A DNA stretch of 41,218 nt, taken from positions 1 through 41,218 of the forward strand of contig CAWVRN010000034.1 in assembly GCA_963932905.1 (NCBI GenBank), written 5' to 3'. How positions within the stretch are numbered: the stretch's first letter is position 1; each line of letters opens with the position of its first letter. Origin of the DNA: an uncultured Bdellovibrio sp. GTDB lineage: Bacteria > Bdellovibrionota > Bdellovibrionia > Bdellovibrionales > Bdellovibrionaceae. The notes below the pieces were generated by a model, which was given only the letters and a program-made list of their open reading frames with translations, was not told the DNA's origin and made no database searches. Position numbers and translations under genes: made by a program. Positions 28,933 through 36,480 of the stretch are shown here, piece by piece.

Positions 28933-29588
28933 TCCGATGTCAAAAACTTACGAAGGAATTCGGTTCGCCGCCACAGCGTATTTTACATTCGTTAGATATA
29001 GAAATTAAGGATGGTGAGTTTGTTTCCATTTCGGGCAAATCAGGAAGCGGAAAAAGCACACTGTTATATATTATCAGCACCCTTGATAGTCCAACCCAAG
29101 GTTCCGTTGAAATCGATGGTAAAAATGTATCCCAGATGAATTCGGATGACGTTCATTTATTTAGAAATAAAGAAGTGGGGTTTATATTTCAGTTCCACTA
29201 TCTACTTCCCGAATTGACGGCAATGGAAAATATTTTACTTCCTGCCCGTAACCTTAACTGCATGTCGGAAAAAAAAGATCGTGCGAATGAATTATTAGAT
29301 CAACTGGGATTGTCAGGTAGAGGAAATAGTTATCCGTCACAGATGTCGGGTGGAGAGCAGCAAAGAATTGCAATCGCACGCGCCTTAATTTTGAACCCAA
29401 AATACATTTTCGCTGACGAACCAACGGGAAATTTAGATACCGAGAACGCGGAAATAGTAATGAATCTGTTGAAACAAGTTAATCAGTCGGGAACAACCGT
29501 GTGTTTAGTAACCCACGATCCTGATTATGCGGCTATGGCGTCACGGGCAATCTATCTTCGTGATGGTCGACTGGCGTCTGCTACTTAA
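28929..29588 (+). CDS. ABC transporter ATP-binding protein
   Basis: GKSGSGKST, MSGGEQQR, FADEPTGNLD, VTHD. Confidence 0.95.
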   Translation: MIRCQKLTKEFGSPPQRILHSLDIEIKDGEFVSISGKSGSGKSTLLYIISTLDSPTQGSVEIDGKNVSQMNSDDVHLFRNKEVGFIFQFHYLLPELTAMENILLPARNLNCMSEKKDRANELLDQLGLSGRGNSYPSQMSGGEQQRIAIARALILNPKYIFADEPTGNLDTENAEIVMNLLKQVNQSGTTVCLVTHDPDYAAMASRAIYLRDGRLASAT

Positions 29589-29614
29589 CCAGAATTAAAA
29601 ATGTCGAGGTCTGC

Positions 29615-30205
29615 ATGTCTGAAAAAAATTGTCGAGTAGTATTAACGGGAGGCCCAGGCGGCGGAAAAACCACGGCCGCGGATTTATATCGCAGGGAAAT
29701 TGGTGATGAGGTGGTGATAGTTCCTGAAGCAGCCACGTTACTATATTCGGGGGGATTTCCTCGTGGTGGTGAAAATGGTGTTCGGCGCGCTACTCAACGT
29801 GCAATTTATCACGTACAACTAAATTTGGAAGATGCTCAATCGGCTCACTATCATAGCCGCGTTTTACTTTGCGACCGTGGTACGGTGGATGGGGCAGTGT
29901 ACTGGCCTGATACACCTGACCAGTTTTTTAAACATTTGGGAACGACTCTAGCTAAAGAACTTTCTCGTTATGATGCCGTTATTTTTTTTGAAACGGCAGC
30001 TGTCGGTGGGATTTCCATCGAGGGAGGTAATCCAACCAGGATTGAAACCATAGAACAGGCTCTTCAAATCGATTCGAAATTGAAAGCACTATGGTCCCAG
30101 CACCCCAACTTTGTATTCGTTCCCCATGAAAAGTCATTTATCAAAAAGGTCAATACAGGACTGCAGAAACTAGCCGAAATCGTAGCGCAGCAGCGACCAA
30201 AATAG
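29615..30205 (+). CDS. AAA_28 (NadR/Ttd14-like) P-loop NTPase/kinase
   Basis: VVLTGGPGGGKTT, VPEAAT, LCDRGTVDG, W..HP. Confidence 0.88.
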   Translation: MSEKNCRVVLTGGPGGGKTTAADLYRREIGDEVVIVPEAATLLYSGGFPRGGENGVRRATQRAIYHVQLNLEDAQSAHYHSRVLLCDRGTVDGAVYWPDTPDQFFKHLGTTLAKELSRYDAVIFFETAAVGGISIEGGNPTRIETIEQALQIDSKLKALWSQHPNFVFVPHEKSFIKKVNTGLQKLAEIVAQQRPK

Positions 30206-30213
30206 TCTGGCCT

Positions 30214-30765
30214 CTATAACTCTACCCGTGTGGATTCTGTAAGCGAGTTTAAAATTTGCCGGTAGGGAGTGTTGTCCATGATCTGGCGAATGATATTCGC
30301 CATTTTTTTTGCAGTAAAATTAAATTCTTTTTCCATTTTAAGAGAAATATATCGTGGATGTCGAATCCAAATATTTGTTTTAATTGCATCATCTGTTGGC
30401 GATAGCAGTTCTAAAACCCAATCGTATCGTTCCGTTTCTGTTTTTAACGTACTATGTATATTATCGAAAAAAGATTCCACACTTTCAGGCCAGTATCTAA
30501 ACACATCCAGTGTGCTGCCATCACAAATAACAATTTTGCCGTCAGATCCCAAACTGACAATCTCTTCTAACTCTTTTTGGAAAAAAAAGAGGGCGCGTTG
30601 ATAGTGTTTAAATGCATCCATATTTTTTGTTTCTGGAATTGACTCTTTTTTAATTATTTCAAATTTGTCAGGAACCAAAGTTACTTCTTCGGGATACTGA
30701 AATTGTAAAATGTGTACTAAAGTTGTTTTTCCTAAATTGGGTTGTCCGACAATGGCAAGTTTCAT
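30214..30765 (-). CDS. Divergent AAA_28-like P-loop protein
   Basis: IVGQPNLGKTT, ICDGSTLD..YWP, RYD.V, W..HP; collinear with 29615. Confidence 0.78.
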   Translation of the reverse strand: MKLAIVGQPNLGKTTLVHILQFQYPEEVTLVPDKFEIIKKESIPETKNMDAFKHYQRALFFFQKELEEIVSLGSDGKIVICDGSTLDVFRYWPESVESFFDNIHSTLKTETERYDWVLELLSPTDDAIKTNIWIRHPRYISLKMEKEFNFTAKKMANIIRQIMDNTPYRQILNSLTESTRVEL

Positions 30766-30809
30766 AAGGCCCTCGATGTTATAAAATATAATAAACTCTA
30801 TTTATAGAT

Positions 30810-30825
30810 AGCAACGGTGGTGCCA
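30810..30825 (-). promoter_or_regulatory. Sigma54 -24/-12 promoter
   Basis: Minus strand TGGCAC-CACCG-TTGCT, consensus match. Confidence 0.85.
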
Positions 30826-31143
30826 TCTGGTTGTACCAATCCAGTAGGTGGATATCGCCGCGCACATAAAAAAAATTTCGCAGTGACTGAAACTTGTGAC
30901 AATTTGGCACGCCAAGAGATTCCTATCTCGACATCTATTATATACGCTATTTAAGTTCAGCAGCGCTTAAAATTGTCACAACAGATACGTGATTTTTAAT
31001 GAATAGACGGTCAGATGAAAAATATATTAAGTAACTTTATGTATTAATCCACTTTTTTAAAAACAAAAAAAATCAATTTGCTTTTCATCTGATGAAATTT
31101 GTAAAACATTTTAACTTGAATCAATTTTGTGAGGATTGTTTAT

Positions 31144-32094
31144 ATGCGTACATCTAAATCAAAAAAAATGCAGGCTATCCTTAAAACTATGGATTCCATT
31201 GCTTGGTCTAATGCTAATGTTCTTATTACGGGTGAAACAGGAACTGGAAAGGAATATGTCGCAAAATATATTCATCAATCTGGTGACCGTGCTAAACAAA
31301 ATTTTGTATCGATCAACTGCGCTGCGATTCCTGAAGCACTTTTAGAGTCCGAGCTCTTTGGATATAAAAAAGGTGCATTTACTGGTGCGTATGCCGACCA
31401 AATAGGTTTAATAGAAAGAGCAAATGGCGGCACCGTTTTTTTGGATGAAATTGGTGATATGCCAATGTCTTTGCAGGCCAAGATCCTTAGGGTGTTGCAA
31501 GAAAGAAAAGTTCGACCAGTCGGTAGCAGCACAGAAAAACCTGTCGATTTCAAATTGATTTCTGCCACCCATAAAGATTTAAGAACTGAAATTGAAAATA
31601 GTCGCTTTCGCGAAGATTTATTTTATAGGCTTAATGTTATCCCTATCAACTTGCCTCCCCTTAGACAGCGGCGTGAGGATATTCCGAATCTAATAAACAA
31701 ATTTGCCTCACATTTTTCAGAAAAGTATGGTCTTCCTATGCCTAAGTTTACACCGCAAACTATAGAAGATCTTTGTCAGCGCCGATGGCCAGGAAATATC
31801 CGTGAGCTAGAGAATTTAGTTGAACAGGTTACTGTGTTGCAAAATAAAGAAAGCGATTTTGTGCAGGTTCATGATTTACCTAGAACTATCGACGAATGCG
31901 GGCACAAAGGTATTAAATATGTTTTTGAGAACCTAAACGAACTGCCGTCTTTGACAGAACTTTCAAATCAGTATGTGGATTTTGTTTTAAAACATGTGAG
32001 TTATCATCAAGGTAATGCAGCGGCAATTTTAGGAGTCAGCAGACGCACGATATATCGGAAAATCCACAAAGAAATTTTGGATTTTACTAGTTAA
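31144..32094 (+). CDS. Sigma54-dependent enhancer-binding protein (AAA+ and Fis HTH) without N-terminal sensor domain
   Basis: GETGTGKE, ESELFG..GAFTGA, FLDEIG, FREDLFYRL, WPGNIREL, HTH; ATG 31144 after GAGGA (GTG 31129 alternative). Confidence 0.95.
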   Translation: MRTSKSKKMQAILKTMDSIAWSNANVLITGETGTGKEYVAKYIHQSGDRAKQNFVSINCAAIPEALLESELFGYKKGAFTGAYADQIGLIERANGGTVFLDEIGDMPMSLQAKILRVLQERKVRPVGSSTEKPVDFKLISATHKDLRTEIENSRFREDLFYRLNVIPINLPPLRQRREDIPNLINKFASHFSEKYGLPMPKFTPQTIEDLCQRRWPGNIRELENLVEQVTVLQNKESDFVQVHDLPRTIDECGHKGIKYVFENLNELPSLTELSNQYVDFVLKHVSYHQGNAAAILGVSRRTIYRKIHKEILDFTS

Positions 32095-32122
32095 GTAGTT
32101 TGAACTAGCTGATAGTGAAATC

Positions 32123-32608
32123 CTACCGGCCTATAGCACTCGATAAAGACATTTTGGCATCTTGGTTTAAATTGGATAAAATCGCGAGCAACTTGCTTTT
32201 GGGAGTTTTTACGAAATCCTTTTTTATCCAATTGACCACGACCTTTTTAAGATTTGCATTCATTGAGGCACTGACTTTTCCCATAAATCCTGGTTCAGCC
32301 AGTATAGTCAAATTGAGGAAGTGATTTTGCCGTCTTTCTTCTTCCAAATACAATGCGATTTTTTTTGCGAACTGTTTGGCCGCGATTTCGTGGGGATCAC
32401 TGCGTTTGGGGTGAGAATAGCGGACGGTAGACATGCGACCAATTGTTTTTTGTTCATGTCCTGCTTGTTTGCGAACAAGCGATCGATTTCTTTCCCGGCC
32501 CAATGGATTCTGAAGTGTCACGATTTCTTTCAAAGAATTTTCGCTATCAACTTCTGAATAAATTTTTACTGTGTTTTGATTCATAATTGCAAACCAAGGT
32601 TTTTGCAT
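32123..32608 (-). CDS. Host attachment family protein (baeRF12-like)
   Basis: W.AIMNQ..VKIY, FAKKIA.YL, LTILAEPGFMG, IKKDFVK. Confidence 0.82.
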   Translation of the reverse strand: MQKPWFAIMNQNTVKIYSEVDSENSLKEIVTLQNPLGRERNRSLVRKQAGHEQKTIGRMSTVRYSHPKRSDPHEIAAKQFAKKIALYLEEERRQNHFLNLTILAEPGFMGKVSASMNANLKKVVVNWIKKDFVKTPKSKLLAILSNLNQDAKMSLSSAIGR

Positions 32609-32636
32609 ATTTACCTCTCTGTTCTATTTATGGTTC

Positions 32637-32652
32637 AGCAAAGTCTATTCCA
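32637..32652 (-). promoter_or_regulatory. Sigma54 -24/-12 promoter
   Basis: Minus strand TGGAAT-AGACT-TTGCT. Confidence 0.7.
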
Positions 32653-32693
32653 GTTCGATTGAAAGCACGCGTTCGTATTGTGTTTATAAGGTA

Positions 32694-32726
32694 AGAAAAG
32701 TTGTCTTGATAAATGACTTTTTGTCT
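32694..32726. promoter_or_regulatory. Paired GAC-N5-GTC-like sites, candidate shared enhancer
   Basis: AGAAAAGTTGTCT (32694) and TGACTTTTTGTCT (32714), 20 bp apart, midway between divergent sigma54 promoters. Confidence 0.5.
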
Positions 32727-32765
32727 CAAATATTTAATGGCGACAGTTTTGAATTAACTTAAAAT

Positions 32766-32781
32766 TGGTCCGGTTGATGCA
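32766..32781 (+). promoter_or_regulatory. Sigma54 -24/-12 promoter
   Basis: TGGTCC-GGTTG-ATGCA (GG-N10-GC). Confidence 0.6.
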
Positions 32782-32839
32782 TTGTCGACTGTGGAATGTC
32801 CGAATCAATTCGATTCGTGCCAATTAAATGGAGGAAAAA

Positions 32840-33499
32840 ATGAAAACAGATTCACAAATTCAAAATGACGTGATTCAAGAATTAAAATGGGATCCAAGTG
32901 TAACTCACGAACACATTGGTGTAACCGTCGATGATGGGATTGTTACATTGTCAGGAACAGTACCAACATATATTGAAAAATGGGCGGCCGAAAAAGCAGC
33001 GCAGAAGGTGGCCGGTGTCAAAGCAGTCGTTGAAAAAATCGAAGTTAAGCTGGCCAGCTCCACCGAACGTGATGATAAAGCGTTGGCTAAAGCAGTTGTA
33101 CAACAATTTAAATGGAACGTACAAGTGCCAGACCAATTAATCAAAACCAGTGTTGAAGATGGTTGGGTCACCCTAACAGGTGAAGTTGAATGGGATTTTC
33201 AACGAAATGCTGCCGCTAAGTGTATTCGCGCCTTAAGTGGAGTACGCGGTGTTTCTAATGATATTACTATCAAAGTTAAAAAAGTTCAGCCTGAAGTCAT
33301 CAAACAAAAAATCGAGGAAGCTCTGAGACGCGAAGTCGAACGGGAAGCACAAAAAATTAAAGTCGACGTGAATGGAAGTAAAGTCACTTTATCTGGAGAT
33401 GTTCATTCTTTCCGTGAAAAATGGGATGCTCGAGGTGCCGCATTAAGCGCACCTGGGGTAACGACTGTAGAAAATAATTTACAAATATCACCCTATTAG
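32840..33499 (+). CDS. Triple BON domain protein (OsmY-like)
   Basis: Three repeats GIVTLSGTV, GWVTLTGEV, KVTLSGDV with GV..V.N; SD GGAGGA before ATG 32840. Confidence 0.94.
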   Translation: MKTDSQIQNDVIQELKWDPSVTHEHIGVTVDDGIVTLSGTVPTYIEKWAAEKAAQKVAGVKAVVEKIEVKLASSTERDDKALAKAVVQQFKWNVQVPDQLIKTSVEDGWVTLTGEVEWDFQRNAAAKCIRALSGVRGVSNDITIKVKKVQPEVIKQKIEEALRREVEREAQKIKVDVNGSKVTLSGDVHSFREKWDARGAALSAPGVTTVENNLQISPY

Positions 33500-33538
33500 A
33501 CATCGCGAGTTCATTTCAAGCGGTGTAAGGAGACTTCT

Positions 33539-34174
33539 TTGATACTGGAAAACAGAAAACAAGCCGGACACTTGTTAAGTGAGCGGCTTGTTAAATATAA
33601 AGGTACAGATTCCTATATACTGGCGCTCCCTCGTGGTGGAGTGCCAGTCGCCGCGGAAATCGCATCAACTCTGGGCTTGCCTTTGAATATTCTAGCCGTT
33701 AGAAAAATTGGCGCGCCTTTTCAGCAAGAAATGGCAATTGGTGCCGTTTGTGAAAATCGCGATCCTATTTGGATGCATTCCATCTTGTCCAAGTTGGGGC
33801 TGCAACCCGACGATATGGGGAAGGCGGTCATTAAGGAAAGAAATAAAATACGACAGCAAATTGAAATTTTTCGTCATGGACGATCGTTAGAGAATCTATC
33901 TAATCGCAATGTCATATTAGTCGATGACGGACTGGCTACAGGTGCGACTCTATTCGCTGCTATCGATTACATAAAGGAAAGTGGTGCTAGAAAAGTAATT
34001 GTCGCAGTGCCCATAGCGGCTGAAGGTTCATTGGAAAAAATCAAACTGCGAGTAGATGATTTCGTTGCTCTTAAAATAGTAAAGAACTTGGGCTCCGTCG
34101 GTGAATGGTATCATGATTTTTCCCAAGTTTCGAATGCCGAAGTCGCGATGACTCTAGACAAGTTTACAATATAA
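33539..34174 (+). CDS. Phosphoribosyltransferase family protein
   Basis: LALPRGGVPVA, VRKIGAP, VILVDDGLATGAT, VGEWY.DF.QV. Confidence 0.93.
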   Translation: MILENRKQAGHLLSERLVKYKGTDSYILALPRGGVPVAAEIASTLGLPLNILAVRKIGAPFQQEMAIGAVCENRDPIWMHSILSKLGLQPDDMGKAVIKERNKIRQQIEIFRHGRSLENLSNRNVILVDDGLATGATLFAAIDYIKESGARKVIVAVPIAAEGSLEKIKLRVDDFVALKIVKNLGSVGEWYHDFSQVSNAEVAMTLDKFTI

Positions 34175-34176
34175 AT

Positions 34177-35166
34177 CTAGTTTATCAGTTGTGATGTTTC
34201 GACAGCGATCGATTTAGCAGGTAGGCCCCTTTCCCGCGGCCTATTTGCTTTGGGCTTATGAAAGATAAGCACAGGACATTTCGCTAGTAGTAGAATGTCT
34301 CTAACCGTTCCACCCAAAATAGCTTGAGATAATCGACCTTGATGGCTAGACAAAGCGATCAAATCAAACGATTTTTTCGAAGCTATTTCAAGAATGTCTT
34401 GGGCTAACGATTTTTTCTGTGCTTGAACTATTGAATCACATTTAACCCCTTGATCTGTTAAATTATCTGCTAAGTGAGTTAATTCTCTTTCATTGGCTTT
34501 TTCTGCTTCTTGCATCATTTTTTTCCACTCCAGAGCCAACGAGAAATCAGCGTAACTTGGCACAAACAAGCTTGGATTTTCAAGTTGATTAAACAATGTA
34601 ATTTTTGATTTTAATGGTTTAGTCATCGTGGCTAAGTTTTCTAAAGCCAGCTTTGAATCACGAGAAAAATTGGTTGGGAAAAGGATGGAGCTAATTTTCT
34701 TGGAAGGGCGAGCCGCATGATTAAATAAAAGCACGGGGACTCGTGATGTTGCCACCAATGTTTCGGCAAATCCGCCCAATCGAAATGGATTCCATGTTTT
34801 TTTTGCTCGTGTATTGGCGAAAATAACTGACGTATTTGATTTTTCGGCATAGTCGGATAGCACCGAGGCCATCTCGCGATTAGACAGACTTTTTGCGAAA
34901 ACAACATGCGCAGGAAGCAAATTTTTTACATTGGCTTTCTTTAAATAGGAATTTAAAGTTCTATAGGCATGGTCTTCAATTCCTTTGGTCCAAAGGTCCC
35001 TCAAATTTGTATAGTAGTCTGCTGTTGATTGAGAAAAAACCGCAACCGGCTGAATTTGACATTTCAGCCGCTTAGACCAAATTTTTAACTCCCTTATAAT
35101 ATTTTTTGCGTCTTGTGGATGTCGCATAGGATCTATCGCCCATATAATTTTATTTTTTGAATTCAT
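34177..35166 (-). CDS. Universal stress protein with two USP domains
   Basis: LGGFAETLV...PVL; ILFPTNFS; ILGGTVRDILLLAKCPVL. Confidence 0.92.
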   Translation of the reverse strand: MNSKNKIIWAIDPMRHPQDAKNIIRELKIWSKRLKCQIQPVAVFSQSTADYYTNLRDLWTKGIEDHAYRTLNSYLKKANVKNLLPAHVVFAKSLSNREMASVLSDYAEKSNTSVIFANTRAKKTWNPFRLGGFAETLVATSRVPVLLFNHAARPSKKISSILFPTNFSRDSKLALENLATMTKPLKSKITLFNQLENPSLFVPSYADFSLALEWKKMMQEAEKANERELTHLADNLTDQGVKCDSIVQAQKKSLAQDILEIASKKSFDLIALSSHQGRLSQAILGGTVRDILLLAKCPVLIFHKPKANRPRERGLPAKSIAVETSQLIN

Positions 35167-35220
35167 TCTATCTCCCGGTGATTTTGGTATTTTTTTAATA
35201 CCGATATGAAAATTATTAAT

Positions 35221-35236
35221 TGCAAGGCGGAAGCCA
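35221..35236 (-). promoter_or_regulatory. Sigma54 -24/-12 promoter of the USP gene
   Basis: Minus strand TGGCTT-CCGCC-TTGCA. Confidence 0.78.
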
Positions 35237-35274
35237 GCTTCATTGCCAAAAAAAATAAGTCCGCAGTTAACACA

Positions 35275-35308
35275 GGACTAAGTGGCTCATTTATTTGACA
35301 GAAAGTCT
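35275..35308. promoter_or_regulatory. Paired GAC-N5-GTC-like sites, candidate shared enhancer
   Basis: GGACTAAGTGGCT (35275) and TGACAGAAAGTCT (35296), 21 bp apart, between divergent sigma54 promoters. Confidence 0.5.
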
Positions 35309-35361
35309 CGATATCGGTTTTGTCGTTCGCTGTTATCTAAAACACGTGGAGGTTCCATCGA

Positions 35362-35377
35362 TGGCATTCACCTTGCT
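35362..35377 (+). promoter_or_regulatory. Sigma54 -24/-12 promoter
   Basis: TGGCAT-TCACC-TTGCT. Confidence 0.82.
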
Positions 35378-35393
35378 AAAGCATTCACCTTGC
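35364..35393 (+). repeat. 13-bp direct repeat overlapping the sigma54 promoter
   Basis: GCATTCACCTTGC at 35364 and 35381. Confidence 0.8.
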
Positions 35394-35440
35394 AAAAGGT
35401 TGCTTACGCGAAGAGAGGTACACATCGGAAAGGAAGGACA

Positions 35441-35728
35441 ATGTTAAAATTATTGATAGTAGGTCTGGTTAGTTATTTTGTTATTGAATCATTCGCATTG
35501 GATAAAGTTCCAGCGCAAGATGCGGATTCTAGATTGGCACATATCGAGATGCACAAAAAAATGATGGCGGCTCATCAACAAGCAGCCGAGTGTTTGAAAT
35601 CTGGCAAACAAGAAGAGGATTGCAGGGAAATTTTCCAAAAAATGTGTCTTGAAGCTAACGGACACAGAAAATGTGGACCTTGGATGATGAATCAGATGAA
35701 CAAAAAAGACGTAAAAAAGAAAAAGTAA
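35441..35728 (+). CDS. Small exported His/Met/Cys-rich protein
   Basis: SD AGGAAGG, signal peptide ending SFA, 4 Cys; the ORF-track start at 35282 lies upstream of the promoter. Confidence 0.8.
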   Translation: MLKLLIVGLVSYFVIESFALDKVPAQDADSRLAHIEMHKKMMAAHQQAAECLKSGKQEEDCREIFQKMCLEANGHRKCGPWMMNQMNKKDVKKKK

Positions 35729-35740
35729 ATTGGAGAAAAT

Positions 35741-36223
35741 ATGAAAGCAGAATGTCATTGGAATGGGAAAAAAAATTTTATTACTAATATTAATGGCTTC
35801 AAAGTACACATCGATGTGTCGCTCCCTCTGGGAATGGAAAAAATCCCGACCATCAAACAACTTGTACTGGCTTCATTTTGTGGGCGGGCAGGCATGTTTG
35901 TTATTAACATGCTAACACGAAGTCAGAACAGACCTTCTAAGTTTAGAATCGACGCTGATTCTAGAATTTCTGAATCCTATCCTTATGAATTAAAGGAAAT
36001 AAAATTGAAATATTTTATTGAGGGTGACTGCAGTCCTGACGTAGCTAACGAAGCTGTCGTTGTATCCCAAAATCGATACTGCGCCATCAGTGCCATGGTT
36101 TCTCAGGGTACCTCTATCGATTATGAAATTTGGTTAAATAACCGTCGAATCACAGGCGCAGAATATTTAGCACTTCCGTTTGCATCGCGGATGAATGACC
36201 AGGTAATGTACTATGAAGCCTAA
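35741..36223 (+). CDS. OsmC family protein
   Basis: SD GGAG; P..KQLVLASFCG, YP....I.L.Y, SQNRYCAISAM. Confidence 0.88.
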   Translation: MKAECHWNGKKNFITNINGFKVHIDVSLPLGMEKIPTIKQLVLASFCGRAGMFVINMLTRSQNRPSKFRIDADSRISESYPYELKEIKLKYFIEGDCSPDVANEAVVVSQNRYCAISAMVSQGTSIDYEIWLNNRRITGAEYLALPFASRMNDQVMYYEA

Positions 36224-36443
36224 TCATGGCCAAATTTGGCCATTAGAGCAGAAGGAAAGTATCGAATTTGAGGAACTAAGTGGCGATATAGCCACCCTTG
36301 GTATGAGGATGTTACTTAGAAGAGTCTTGTCAGTGGAAAAACAAAAACAGCGATCAGAATTAGAAATTGATTTTTCTGCACAATTGGAATCTGCCGTGAT
36401 TTATCGAATGCGTATGCAGAAAATGACTGGCCGTTTTGAATAA
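36213..36443 (+). CDS. Small hypothetical protein
   Basis: 76-aa ORF filling the gap in the operon, 11-nt overlap with OsmC. Confidence 0.55.
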   Translation: MKPNHGQIWPLEQKESIEFEELSGDIATLGMRMLLRRVLSVEKQKQRSELEIDFSAQLESAVIYRMRMQKMTGRFE

Positions 36444-36480
36444 TGAATTGAATAAAGAACCTGTTTGGGGTGGAGGCTGA

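Noticed and set aside
30904..30920. TTGGCACG as a sigma54 promoter for the activator gene
   Set aside because: The -24 box is good but the -12 position reads GA, not GC, and it lies over 200 bp from the start
35282..35440. N-terminal extension of the 148-aa ORF
   Set aside because: Spans the sigma54 promoter and candidate enhancer; SD and signal peptide support ATG 35441
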